DNA of 62,732 nucleotides, filler included, from Rhabdomonas costata (GCA_019059605.1; 29 parts of 29 records of this genome joined end to end with filler, not necessarily neighbours in it); one strand, 5' to 3'; positions 39,000 through 52,122 are shown, counted from the first letter of the whole stretch. Notes: generated from the sequence alone by a model not told the origin. Program-made: numbers and translations.

Positions 39000-40900
39000 T
39001 CCTAACATCTACACTTTTTGATCTGCCCCACAGTGTGCGAGGTGCACTGCACATCGGCTCCCTGACCTTACTGGCTTCAAAGGCGTGGTTTCCACAGCAA
39101 GGAGATAAAAACAGCCACCTAAAGGTCACTGCCAGGAGGTGCAAGGATGGTCCACAGCTTTTCTTCCTCATTTGTACAGCAAAACAAGGCCGAGCGTTTC
39201 GACTTCAGTCTCCGTGGGAAAGAGGAGATATTCTTGTGTTTGGGGGTTCGTTTCTCAGCCTGGCCCTGTTTTTTCGGGGACTGCAAGCCGTTGACTGTGG
39301 CTTCAGCCAGGAAACATATGGCGTCTTTTCCTGAACTGATACTGTGCATCCCTGTGCTCCCAGGAGGACAGTTGTGACCACACAGACTGCTCTAAAAGTA
39401 GGTAATACTTGGTGGAATTAACTGGATGGTCGCCGTTTCCAATGAAGGCGTCAGCATCGATCTATCAGTCTGATCTGTGCGAGCATGTCTCAGTGAATTA
39501 GCACTTCTTTGCTAGGACATCGGGTTCTTCGGGGGGTGACGTTTCCTGGCTGGATGGCTCCCTGCGCTACCTTTTGCATTTTACAGCTCATTGCTTTTCT
39601 TCCTGATCCAGAACGTAAACAACCCGAGGTAATTGCGCACATAAAAATGAATGAGCGCCCCAAATTACACCAGAATTGCTCAATATCAGGATATATATAT
39701 AACGAGGAGTACAAAGATCTCTATCCAGAGAAGATTCACATAGTGTTACCACCATATCGTCCTACCGACCACCGCATTGACGTCCAAGAGACGTTTCGCA
39801 TTCCAGATTCCGAACTACAGATTTACTTTATATGAATGACTTGCTGGATCATCAGTAAATTAAGGAAATAACGTCCACATACGGCTCAGTGATGCTTTTC
39901 GTCTATAAATGCAACGGGAAGATGAGGATGGTTGTGTAATACCGACCCATCAGCAAGCTGACCCTGGTGGACAAGTAGACACGAGAAGTGCACATGGGCG
40001 CCTCAAGAGGTCTAATAATGCGGGTTTACACTCGAAAGAGCTGGAATCATACAAAAACCCCAGAAGCTGCTCGTCAGCGGACATTGGTCAGTGACAAAAA
40101 ACATCACAGTAGTCTTGAGATGTTCGTGGCAAATTACGCCTGTGCTGCAGCGATACTGACAAACCTGATGCATAAGGGCCGCGAGTGGACGTGCTTTCAC
40201 AAACCCCCATCAATCTTTGGATCTGCTAAAGTCGCGCATTCTCCTGGCAACTCATTTGCCACGACGTGAATAATCCATATCAATGCAGTTCATCAGGATG
40301 AAACATTTGTGGTGTATTTATTTCAGTGTTAATACTGAGCATCAAAAAGCAATCGAAATTACCCACAATGTGGTCCGTTTAAGTCGGAGGTAATTGTGCT
40401 TATTCTACAATCATACCAACCGGAAGAGGATGCTCCACTTCCAGTTTGGAAACAATACATGGGATCGGTACTCTTCAGCGAATGTGAGCAGCTTGCACAG
40501 CTGTTTAGTCCACTTCAAAATGGAGAGCGCATTCTTGTTGCAGTGCCGTTCCGCGGCCATGAGACGCTTCCCAGCTTTGGAATTGAGGAGTATGTGATGT
40601 TGTGTTCCACTGTGTTTCTCGGAATCTGCAATAGAGTTGACATGTTTCATCAAGTGGACATGTTTGCGGGCCTAAAACATCACCAATTGAGCACGTATTC
40701 GGCTGATCCTGGAGACATGGATACAGAGGATAACAACGCCTTTACCTACCACAGAGACAGGACCAAATTCTTTTTGCAAATCATCCGTGGTACTTTGTGG
40801 GCAAGGTGCTTGACAAATCCTCACTTCCAGTAGCAGAGTAGTGTTGGTTTCACCGTACCGGACTGATGCTTTGTTGTATAAAAAGCTAAAAAAATGTAAG
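39000..40900 (+). pseudogene. Intronless decayed long ORF of unknown family
   Basis: Successive plus-strand ORF pieces (39509-39835, 39988-40269, 40396-40833) with protein-like composition, broken by stops and frameshifts, lower GC than host exons. Confidence 0.3.
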
Positions 40901-42019
40901 CAACCTTTGTGAAGAACAATGGCACGTTGAGGCGCCGACATCCGTGGCCACTGTCTCATAATTGGTCATGAGCCACACATCGACTGAGCAAGTGAGCGCC
41001 GTTCGCCATTTGTGGTAATGCATTTGCAGCTCATATGCCACCACAACACNNNNNNNNNNNNNNNNNNNNNNNNNNNNNNNNNNNNNNNNNNNNTTAATTA
41101 ATTAANNNNNNNNNNNNNNNNNNNNNNNNNNNNNNNNNNNNNNNNNNNNTGTGTTGTGGTTGATATACTGATGAATGCTGTAGTGGAAGGAATATAAAAA
41201 ATCACATCACCAGCCTCACCAGTGCCTAACAAAATGCAAGAGAGAGAGAGAGGATGAAATTCAAACACACCAGGACTGGGTCAGCAAAGTCCTCTGCTGA
41301 TCAGGTGTTTTGGATGGCTCACTCACCGCCTGAGAAAGGCTGTAAAGAGAATCCCCAAATGCACAAGATAAAGGAGCGTCACACGATGGCAGAGACAACG
41401 TACGATCAACTCGTGTGAACCGCATGTATTACTGACATGGTCACTGATCACTGACGCATGGCTCACTAATGTAATCCGGGCCGAAAGGTATCATTGAGAC
41501 ATCTCACTCTTTGCATCGTTCCCTGCCTGCCGTGCCCGTGTCTGCAGGTACTATGTCTCTCGCACTCTTCCTGCTGTGATGGACTTGCAGTAGCCTCATC
41601 AACTTGAAGTTAAAGTTAAAGTCCCGTCCAACAAATGGTACGACAAGAAAATGTCCTCCTACTGTACATTCCCTGTTCGCAACGCTTTGTGAACCATATA
41701 AATTGACACACACATACACACTTACGCACACAAGGTATTGCTTTGATGGAACTGCCAGGCCGCATCCTCTGGTAATCTCTGGTAATCTCTGGAGCTGGGA
41801 GGAGGTTTTTGGGATCTTGGAAAACCTCAATGGAGCACACAGACACACTCACGCACCAACTGAACCCCACAACTCCAGCCTGTGACAGCAACCAAAAACT
41901 CGGAAGCTCCTGGAGGTGCCGGAGTTTCCAAAATCTAGGGAGTCTGGGCAACCACTCCCAACTCAAAAGAGCACAGGAGAACAAATACACAGCAAAAACA
42001 CACTTCCAGAAAATGCGCT

Positions 42020-43193
42020 CCCTCAGCGAGGTGTTCCTCGAGGGGAACGTCTTCGCAACCGCCTGATAGAGGACTTCCGGGTCATCGCTCGTGACCACCA
42101 CGGGAAACACCCCGTACCGGGAGGGAAAGTACCCGCAGCCCCGCAGTCCGTGCCACGCACGCCGCAGCTGCATCGAAAGCGCACCGCTGAACGCTGGGGC
42201 ATTCCACCCGCTGCGGGCCATTGTCAGGTCCATCCACTCTATCGCATGCCCCCCCCCCCCTCCGAAAAAGCGCTTTAGATGAAACGTTCAGGGGTGGGGA
42301 ATCGATAAATGGCGAGGCACCTTGGGAAGAAAAAATATGGACATCGCATCCGACACCAGGAAAGATGAAGATGTGAAGAGCAGAAGAACTAACGTGGCTG
42401 ACTAAACAACCATCAACTCCGTTGCTGTTGGGGGAGTTGTGGTTGTGCCTGATTGACTGTTGTCGATCACTTTGGACAGACGGGCGCACGCGCTGCGCGC
42501 TGTTGGCAGAGGTACACCTTCGGAGTGATCAGAGAGACAGTGTGTGTGTGTGTGTGTGTGAATGGGCACGGCCACACCCTCACCCCAATGCCCGTCGTGT
42601 CGTCCAGCACGAACAGCAGGGCCTTTTCTCGCGGAAACGACCCTTGGTGCTTTTCTTTCGGAAGGGTGAACGGGCAGCACTGGGTATCTACAGGCGTTGC
42701 CGTGGCCACCGAGCGTTCCACACACACCTTTTCCACATATGTGTGAATGAGTGAGTGAATTAGTGAGTGAGTGAGTGAGTGTGTGTGTCTTTTTGCGACC
42801 ACTGGTGCGAAAGCGGATAAGAATTCCAGGAAGGAAGGAAGGAAGGAATTACTTCTCTAGCCCTCTCAAGCGCAAAGCGAAAGGGATGTCACCAGCAAGC
42901 GCGTGGCGGACCTGATGAGCCTTCCGGGAGGCGGTGGTGGGCACGGGCTTTCCGGGAGGATGCTCATCATTTATGTCGTTAGCCAGGTTTCTTCGCCTGC
43001 GTCGAAGGCAAAACGATTGAAAGGGCGAAATGCTATTTCTGAGAACCCTTCTCCAAAACTGAGGAAAACAAAAAAATGTTCCACTGCTCATCTCTGTCTC
43101 AGGAACCAACCTGGAGAGAGCAGCGGCCTGGCGCCTGCGCAGAATGTCCTCGTCGTGGGCCCGCAGCAGCCCCAGCACCAGAAGAATAAACAA
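42020..43193 (-). CDS. Multi-exon hypothetical membrane-anchored protein
   Basis: GC3-rich exon-like blocks near 43193-43111 (FILLVLGLL...), 42740-42584 and 42235-42020 with plausible splice sites; no family recognised. Confidence 0.4.
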
Positions 43194-43333
43194 AGCTATC
43201 GACGCAAAGGTAGCNNNNNNNNNNNNNNNNNNNNNNNNNNNNNNNNNNNNNNNNNNNNTTAATTAATTAANNNNNNNNNNNNNNNNNNNNNNNNNNNNNN
43301 NNNNNNNNNNNNNNGTGTGGTTTTTTTACGCAG

Positions 43334-43552
43334 CCCTTCCGCACCGTGGTCCTTGTCGCGGAGTCCACCCGTACCAACTCCCTTCCTGGCTTTGCATTCC
43401 GCAAAGTCGGCAGCGTCACTGTCCCCGGGAAGGCTGAGGTGCTGGAGGTGTACGAGCCCCTGTACCGCATCTCCACCGCGGTACCAGTGCCGATCAGTCC
43501 CCCCGGAGGGGTGATCGGCATCACTACGACTCTGTTTTCACTAACAGGTTGA
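43334..43552 (+). CDS. Class III adenylate/guanylate cyclase, C-terminal part of catalytic domain
   Basis: PFRTVVLVAESTR......FAFRKVGSVTVPGKAEVLEVYEPL matches 'ILISE.T.....F..R.LG.V.VKGK....VYEL'; AG acceptor at 43332-43333. Confidence 0.75.
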   Translation, partial: PFRTVVLVAESTRTNSLPGFAFRKVGSVTVPGKAEVLEVYEPLYRISTAVPVPISPPGGVIGITTTLFSLTG

Positions 43553-44742
43553 CGGCCGCACTAATTCTCCCCGTTTGGTTTACGGCTTTTGGATCATTGC
43601 TCGGTAGTACAGTATCATATACCTCGTGGATTCTGATTGTGGTCGCGCGTATCCGGAACCGAACCACTAACATGCTATCCAGATTGAGCAGCGGGACCAA
43701 GATTTCAATTTTACATTTTTTTTTCACATTTTTTTTTACATTTCATTTTTAACCCCAGGTGCAGTCTGGCACCTCATCCCACTGTCCCCTCCCACTGCAT
43801 CCCTTTTCTCACTTTGCTCTGGTCCTCGCAATGTCGTGTGGAAACAGTTCGTGAAAGTGACTCCAGTGACTTCCCACGTGATTGGGGTGGAGCACAAACG
43901 TGAAGCTGCTTTGCCTTGAGTTCTGAACACTGGACAATGTCGTTGAGAAATAATTCCCATTCCTGTTTTACTTCTTTGTACCAACAAAGTCGCAGTAGTT
44001 ATGGAGTGAAATTTTGACGGAGCTCTCCATCTTAACCTTCTTTTCTTATCTTGACCTCTCAAGTGATGAAAACTGTATCAAACTTTATCAAATAGGAAAG
44101 GTGAGTCATGCAATCATTCCTTCGTGTCTGATTTCTTGGAATTGTCCGGAAAGCGTGCAACTCAAATGCAAGTTCCCCTTGGCTTTTCAGTGTTAATATG
44201 CAGTGGTTTAAAAAGAGCGATTCCGACGCTTTGATAAGTGGGCTCGTTATGTTGGGCTCACTCTGGGCACCGAGGCATTGATTGCCCGGTTTAGTGTGTG
44301 TGTGTGTGTGTGTGTGAAATCTGTTGATGAGCCATTTCTTGTTGAGAATTGGACGGTTCACGGCTGCAAAAAGGCACTAAAAGGGCGTTTTGATGTTGCG
44401 TTTGTGAAGGAAATATAGAGTGTGGCATTTGGTGGAATGTGAGCTGTATGGGCCTTTCAATTGTTGCATTCGCACCAGTGGCCATGGAGCCAGTGTTGCA
44501 GTTATTGCAGGTTTTGCAGTGAAATGGGAGGTCAAGACGAACGGTTGCGAATGGTTGCGGGGAAATGGGGAGGCACTGCAATGTGGCCGGTGTGGGATGG
44601 AGGCTGTGTGTGCCCCCTCCCCACGTCCCTCCCTCCCAACGTGGGAAACTCTCATTTCTCTGGGGGTTTTTTTGCCCGGGTGAGCTTTTCTGTGGTGTTG
44701 TGTTGCTCTGTTCGTTGCGGTTGGTTGCTTTTGCTCTTGCAG

Positions 44743-44823
44743 AATCGGAGCAAGACGTGCTCAACGCCTGGCGCGGTATTCCCCGGACGCTACTGGACGA
44801 ACTCACGCAGCATTACGAGCAGG
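44743..44823 (+). CDS. Isolated probable exon (ESEQDVLNAWRGIPRTLLDELTQHYEQ)
   Basis: Pyrimidine tract-CAG acceptor, CAG|GTAACC donor, GC3-rich. Confidence 0.45.
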
Positions 44824-47800
44824 TAACCGTTGCTGGGGCAGTAGTAGCTCAGTCCTTCGCATTCTCTTCTGAAGTCAAGGGAAGTGAACAAATCGATGCA
44901 GAAGAACGACGACACAGTTTGCGTAACCCCTGTGTCCCAACAATGTCGCGAAAGTGACCGAGTCGGTCGTTAGCTGTGGTAAACGGAGCATCGCCCACCC
45001 ATGAACGTCCGAACCCATCCGCCCGCTCCGGCCATGCCGCGGATTGGCCTCCGCTTCTAAGCATAATCTTTTTCCATTTGCCACTAAGGGATATCACAAA
45101 CCCACTCCTACTGTACTCCCGCACCGACATTTTTTTCCTGGTGTGTCTTGATCCAATGCATTGTGCGAGTGCTGTGGATACCCCATGCATATCTTGCTTT
45201 CCTTTCTTGCTCCTCTTAAGGGCAGGTTCTCTTTCACAAAGAGGCGCTGTGTGTTTTCTGCTTTAGTGCTTCGGTGGGCATCACGCGGCGCCTCTTTGTG
45301 AAAGAGAACCTGCCCTTAAGAGGAGCAAGAAAGGAAAGCAAGATATGCATGGGGTATCCAGGTACCCACANNNNNNNNNNNNNNNNNNNNNNNNNNNNNN
45401 NNNNNNNNNNNNNNTTAATTAATTAANNNNNNNNNNNNNNNNNNNNNNNNNNNNNNNNNNNNNNNNNNNNCACCCACGCAGGTGCATGGCACCCTAACAC
45501 CCTGAGAGACAAATACTTTGGCCTGTCAAGTGAACCGCTGCCTTTATAATCTCACATATTTCCATATGCACGTTTAGATTGTCCAGGCCTATGTTGTCAA
45601 CTTTTCAGTGTTTGCAGTGCAGTTTTGGTTTGGATCTATGAAGCTGATCTCCACAGTGTAGAAGTGTGAAGTGTGAGGTGTATGGTATTGACAAAAGGAA
45701 GTTGCATAGAAGACATGATGCATTTATCTGATGATCTCTTAGCCAAAGTTGAAGATAAATCCAATTGAGCCGTTGCACAGACACTGCGTCGATGATGTAA
45801 TTGTCTCTAGCAATGATTTTATTGTAATTGCACTTATGCAATACCAAACTCAAACTGAGGGATCTAATAGCTTGACAACAATGAAAAACAGATTAGTCAT
45901 AGTCTCCATTTTGGATAAATTTGCTCAACGTGAGAACCACAAATGAGATGAAAATCATCGAATATTTGTTCTTTAAAATATTTTCAAATACCAAAAACAA
46001 AAAATGTTACAAATTATTACATACCTTAAATGCAATAATGAAATTCAGATTTTACATGATCATTGGTTGCATTATGGGTGCGTTGGTGCATGTAATGTAA
46101 ATTTGTCGTTTCTGTGGCTTAAAATCGAATATAAGTAACGTCAGGTTTGGTGACATGAGTGTTTGAGCATTTAATTACTTGAGATGTACATAGCTACAAG
46201 TCTGCAACCTTCAGTTGAAACATTATTATCAAAATGCCTCCGCGTTAGCGTGTGTTTTGTTTAAGCAACACATTTTGACTTCACGATGCCTGAAGTGTGC
46301 TTTCATTTACCGTTTACAAAACATGCTATTCAGTTGGCCAATTTTGCATTAAACTTTTGCAATCTTAATTTAAATAACCAAACACAGGAAGGAAGCTAAA
46401 CACCTACAATGCACACAGACAGACACATATACAAACACATACATACGCAGACATAACAACTTACAAAAGCAAGTCCAAACTCTCGCAAAAAACTTTCAGT
46501 GCACACAATAAATCAATTGATACAACAAACAGTGAAAACGTCTCATCACCGCAAAATTATTCCCTTCAAAAATGCAATCTACCAGTGCAGTAATTCCGGT
46601 ACAAAACCACAAAACAATTCCAATTATTTTTTGAATATCGAATTGATTATAGACGTTCAACTCAATTCCAATCAATTAGTATCAAATTATATCATGGACA
46701 CATGGTCGTTTCTGTTATTTTTGGGCTGCGTGGAACTTGGATTTTCCGCCACGCCATCATTAAAATATTCTATAGAAATAATCCATACAATACGTCCAAC
46801 TATTTTCCGTAAAACATTAATAGGTATAGTGCAAGTACGCGCATACTTAACCCACGGTGCTGCGCTATAATCAATTGCTCTATCTGGTTAAAGACGTTGT
46901 TGCTTTATTTTTCGAATCTTCAATTCTTTAAAGAATTCACTTCATCATTTGTATAACGTTATTTTGTTTAATAGATTTTCTTTTCCTTTAATCTATTTTG
47001 TTCCATCCATTAGTTATTATTTGTGCTTTCTGTTGCCAAAAAATCCGGATTAATTTATTCTACTCTGCCTTTTGCTCAAGGTGAAAACTTGTGTGGCATA
47101 TTTTCTCGATCAGGCTTTGCGTTGGTTTTTCCGCTAACCTATGGCTTTTATATGAATCTTTTTTCGAAACATTTGTAAATGCCCCACAGCCTTGTTTTTT
47201 TCTATCGATATATCCAACCAACTTCCGAGTTTTGAAAAACAATGTCTTTTCTCGGCCCTCGGTTCAAAAACTTCTGTTAAACGTGAAACCGAATCTGTGC
47301 TTTCTTCGGACTCACCCAAACGCGCCTTTTTTCTCTTTTATCTTTAATTCGTTGAGTCTTTAAAAGATAACCTATTTATTTTTGGCGCTTTCTCTGGTAA
47401 AAGTGGGCCCTCAGAAACTCAAAAACTCCGTAAAAATTAAAACGGTACTTGTTGTAGACTAAAAATAGCGGTCAGGGAGCACAGAAAATGCGTGAAAATA
47501 TAAATAGCAAACAAAAAACACCGCACTTAAGACCNNNNNNNNNNNNNNNNNNNNNNNNNNNNNNNNNNNNNNNNNNNNTTAATTAATTAANNNNNNNNNN
47601 NNNNNNNNNNNNNNNNNNNNNNNNNNNNNNNNNNGGTGGTTGGTCCATAGAGCGCAGTGTGAGCACGTCAACATATATATCATCAAGAGACTTGGTTTGG
47701 AGACTCCGGTCCAGCCGCACTCCCTCCACTCATGCCACCTGCGTTGAGCAGGGCTCGCTCGTAGTGGTGGAGAATGATGCGACTGACCGTCCCCGTCCAC

Positions 47801-49209
47801 CAAGAGGGACTCCGGATCTGTCGCCGAGGAGAAGCTAGTGGAGAGCGATAGGTGGTACATGATGCGCCTCACCGCGAAAAACAGATCCACCGGGCAGAAT
47901 CCGAAAGAGAGCTATGAACCGAGAGACTGAATAATTCCCTTTTTTGACGAATCATTGAAAGATCGGCCCTGGTGGATTGAGAGGGATGGAAGCGAGAGCA
48001 GAGGATTCGGAGAAAATTCCTTTGCCTTCCGTTGCCACCGTTGTGCTTGCCAATGCTTCGTTTGACCTTACCTGGCTATAGAGATTGTGTTGTTCTTCAC
48101 TTCCTGACAGAAGGCTGCTCCCAGACAAATGGAGTGCCAGGCAGAGCCACCGAAACCCCAACCAAAGCCTGCAACCGATCGATTGATGCATCGATCCTAC
48201 GAATTGACCGGTGACCAGCCCGTGCAGCCCCGATCTGGTTCGGCAGGACCGGCTCCCAGTCGGCCCCACCGTAACATGAATAAACTCCGGCGTGGAAACC
48301 GCGTAGGAGAACGGCGCTGTCTTTGTTCCCTCCCGCTTTCAGTCATTCGCCAAATGGTGTGCCCGACGACCCAACGACCAGAGCGAAATGGAACACACCG
48401 TAAATCAGGCCAGAATGGTTCCGAGCGTCCTTGAAGTTCTTGCCATTACTGATCGGGTCCGGCCAGGAGATAAAGACCTCCGGAGATGCCTTTAAAACCA
48501 TAACCGAAAAGAATACCAAGGTCCAGGGGTCCTGGTGCTTGGCTTCTGGTGACATGCGGCTGGTGTTTATCGTATGGCGCCTGGGGTTGAAGCAGGCGCT
48601 AGTCGATGTACCGCTCCGAGCGACCACCCGCCTTTGCCCCCGCGGACATTTCGGCCGTCAGCATGACGACACTCCAGGCATGTGGCGAGGACTAGGGCTT
48701 GGGTGGTGCCGGCTTGGGTGCCCGGGAATTCCTGGGTGAGAACGACATCAGCGGGCCGTGTTTAGTGAGTTTCCCTGGGAGGCGGCCGACGGGGGCCGCC
48801 GTCACACACATGGCGCCTTGGCGTGGTGTGCTGTGGCGTGTCCTTGTGCTACTTGTTCTGCAAACCTGTTGGTGTTTTGTTGCGTTCACGGTGCTGGTTC
48901 GTGCTGGACTACACGAAGGGCATTGGGGTGGTGGTGTGCGCCGTGCCCATCCACACACACACGCACAAAGACAGAGAGTTCCTGAACCTTTTCGGACGAT
49001 GGGCGCAGTAAAAAGGGCCCGTACTGCGCAGCACGAAAGGAGAGCGAAGCCAGTACGTGAGGAATCGCTGCAGTCGGGAAATCGAGGACTCGTAGAGGCG
49101 GAACATGAAGAAAACGAAGAATGGCTCAGCCCGAGACCCCTGGACAATCAGTGGAGAGAGCATACCGTCTGGAAAGCACACCCGAACAAGAGCTGCTATC
49201 AAGGAGCCA

Positions 49210-49560
49210 CTGTCAAGTAGAAAAGAGAAAATCCGACGGGCACTGTCTCTACCACGCGCTACTGGGTAATGACGGCATGGAGTCCATGCGAATCCTGCGA
49301 GTAAGGATCGCCTCATGGCTGAATGCAGCGCAGCAAGAGATTTTCGGCGATCTCAAGCTCCAGGACTGGATTCTTGCCTCAGCGGGCAGAGAAGACCTGT
49401 ATCACCGCGGCAATGCGCATCAGAAAAATGCAGCGATCACCGAATACCTGCAAAAAGTGAAGGCCTCCGAGCACGGAGGAGCGCTTGAGATCTTCGTCTT
49501 CACCCAAGTCACCGGCATCGGGGTCAATGTTTATCAGGAGACCCGACAAGGATATCAAGC
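49210..49560 (+). CDS. OTU-like cysteine protease domain, partial
   Basis: SDGHCLYHAL....LRVRIASWL......GDLKLQDWI....EYLQKV....HGGALEIFVFTQVTGIGVNVYQ has the OTU DGxC catalytic loop and GG..EI box; catalytic His region not present. Confidence 0.78.
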
Positions 49561-49879
49561 GGCGAAAAAAAAAGGAAAAAAGAAAAGAAAAGAAAAGAAA
49601 AGAAAAGAAAAAAAAACCCCGCTGGAAACCACCACCACCACCACCGCGAGCGATCCAAGGTGGCGCCAAGGCGGCGTAGGCGCGGCAACACGGCCCGCCN
49701 NNNNNNNNNNNNNNNNNNNNNNNNNNNNNNNNNNNNNNNNNNNTTAATTAATTAANNNNNNNNNNNNNNNNNNNNNNNNNNNNNNNNNNNNNNNNNNNNG
49801 GTTGGTGGTAAGATTATAGATGAGTTTTTAGAATCCAATACACCATCATTTAAATAGATTAATGTTGATGATATTTACG

Positions 49880-50376
49880 GTTCTAATTCTATATCTGATC
49901 ATAATGCTACTATAAGACCTTCAGTATCATCAACATTAATCTATTTAAATGATGGTGTATTGGATTCTAAAAACTCATCTATAATCTTACCTGCAACAAC
50001 AGCATATAGAAATCTAATTATGTAATGTATGGAATTTATCATCAGATACAGCTTCATATTCCTTAGGATCTGGATATACTGGTTTTTTTTTGCTCGAATC
50101 TTTGATGATTGGGTTTATGAAAATCGTTATATAGCTGGTATTGATTTTACAGATACAACTGATTCATCTTCTGGTTATCCTCTTGTTACCTATCAAAAAG
50201 TCTTCGGTAATATATTATACAATCAATTGAATTTATTATTTCATAAAGCATACAGAAGATTTTATCCAGTCATTAGAGGGCAAAATAATCTTATTCTTAC
50301 TGATGGAACAAATGCTATAACAAGTACAACGTGTGATTATAAAATTTCACAATTACAAGAAGGTTGTAGCTTCTGA
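49880..50376 (+). pseudogene. AT-rich frameshifted gene fragment, Ser/Thr/Asn/Tyr-rich, possibly viral structural
   Basis: Overlapping frames (SSTLIYLNDGVLDSKNSSIILP / VWNLSSDTASYSLGSGYTG / ARIFDDWVYENRYIAGIDFTDTT) with T/A-ending codons unlike host exons; adjacent to the recombinase. Confidence 0.35.
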
Positions 50377-50399
50377 TTTAGCTGTTGGCCATGTACTTG

Positions 50400-51296
50400 T
50401 TGAAAAGTCAGAAACAAGAGCTATCGCCTTAAAGGAAAGAAAATTTCGTTTTTCTTCAAGATATCATTGCACGCCGCGAGTAGTTTAAACAGTTATTTAA
50501 ACAAGATAAAACAAACAACAAAAACAACCTTAGTTGGGTTTTACTCAGCGTTTACACCATGCAACCGCCCATTAGAATGGAGTACAAAAACATGCAAATT
50601 GTTGATGTGTTACCGAGAAACAAGAAACAGAATTATTTGCTAAACAAGAACGGTAAATATTTTATTGTGATCAGGAATGACACAGTAATTAAAAGTCATA
50701 AACCCGCTCAGTTTGAATTATCAGATGAACTAAACAAAGTAATAAATGAGTCCTTAGAAGCTTTTCCAAGGAAATACATTCTATCTACCCAACGAGATGG
50801 CGAACGTCCTATTGGAAAGCAAGGTTTGGAGTCCTTGTTGAGGCATTGCTTCAGTGACAGTTGATATTTTGAGGTCTTCATACATCACAAACTTCTATAG
50901 CGACCCACGGAAAACATTGAAAGACAAAGATGAAGTGGCTTGTCTCATGCGTCATTCATCGAAAATTGCCGAACGGGAGTATGCGAAAATAGATCTTAAA
51001 AATGTGACTCATCCTGAGAATTTAGTTGTCACCACGAATATGATGCCACAACTGGAAGTACAACAGCCCGTTGTGCAAAAGAAGGAATATTTCAATTTGA
51101 AAATTTGGAGGAAAGCACAAAGACGAAATTAATAATAAAAAAAGCGCGAGATGAGTATCAGGCGAAAAAAGATAAGATTTTACGACGGCATATATTATGG
51201 AACCTCAACAAAAGTCAAAATACTAAAATTCCGAAACAAGCTTCAATTGACAGATATAACCTAAAATATGATGAACATAAAGGTCTAAGTTTCTAG
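50400..51296 (+). mobile_element. Tyrosine recombinase pseudogene of the OLV11-like (virophage/Polinton-like virus) type
   Basis: QKQELSP*RKENFVFLQDIIARRE*FKQLF...LLSVYTMQPPIRMEYKNM...NYLL...LSDELNKVINESLEAFPRKYIL... then a frameshift into TVDILRSSYIT......KDKDEVACLMRHSSKIAEREYAK. R, xxLR, H and Y catalytic positions are present; intronless and AT-rich. Confidence 0.8.
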
Positions 51297-51688
51297 TGAT
51301 GCAATGATGTTCATCAGCTGTTTAGTATAACCAGCGCTCTCCCTAGCTAACGCAGCTCAGCCTCGCTTAAGCGATGCTGTCATCCCCGCGACGAGATGAC
51401 CAAGGAATTATAAGGCGGGACCTTGGAGGCTCTTACCTTCTTTCAACTTTTTGTTTCAGAAGTTGAGAAGGAGAGGACGCGAAGGGAAGGAAGTTTGAAA
51501 CCGCGAAGCACGACCCGAAACTCAATACAATAACAAGCGAAGAAGAATAAAGTCGAGAAGAAAGAGTTTCTGTGAAAAGGGCACACACCAAACACGGCTG
51601 ACAAGCACAGGCGAGAAGTGCAGACAACACACACAAAGCCGCACTGCTTTTTATTACTACGGTATTTTGTTAAAATACATCTACTTTT

Positions 51689-51811
51689 GCGTTTTGATGA
51701 GGTTTCGGACACCAATTCCTATTTACCTTGGCGTTTTGATAAAGCTTCGAGCACCAAATTCTATCCACCATGGCATTTTGATGAGGTTCGGGCACCAAGT
51801 TTCACCCATCA
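51689..51811. repeat. Diverged tandem repeat, three units of ~41 bp (GCRTTTTGATRARG.TTCGR.CACCAA...)
   Basis: Units start at 51689, 51731 and 51772. Confidence 0.75.
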
Positions 51812-52122
51812 CAAATCCTGCTTACTGTTCACTGCGCTTCGGTCCCTTCACCATTCCTGCTTANNNNNNNNNNNNNNNNNNNNNNNNNNNNNNNNNNNNN
51901 NNNNNNNTTAATTAATTAANNNNNNNNNNNNNNNNNNNNNNNNNNNNNNNNNNNNNNNNNNNNTGTTGTGGGTTTTGTCAGCGCTTGTTCAGCTGACACC
52001 GAAGAGGCATTACCGCTTTTGTGTTCTCTGTTAGACAGGAGAAAAGATTCACAAGATTCACACGGAGAAGCACTCTCCTTGTCGGATTGTGCGGTCGGTC
52101 AACTCTCTCTTCTTTCTTTCAG

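Noticed and set aside
45175-45360. ~72-bp perfect inverted repeat resembling a pre-miRNA or terminator
   Set aside because: Perfect identity and contig-terminal position indicate a fold-back chimera.
49807-49991. ~67-bp inverted repeat that could be a viral TIR or hairpin end
   Set aside because: It duplicates coding-like internal sequence and starts right after the primer tag, like the other four fold-backs.
51689-51811. Three ~41-bp units resembling a mini CRISPR array
   Set aside because: The 'spacer' parts are similar to each other, the repeats are degenerate, there are no cas genes and the context is eukaryotic: a minisatellite.
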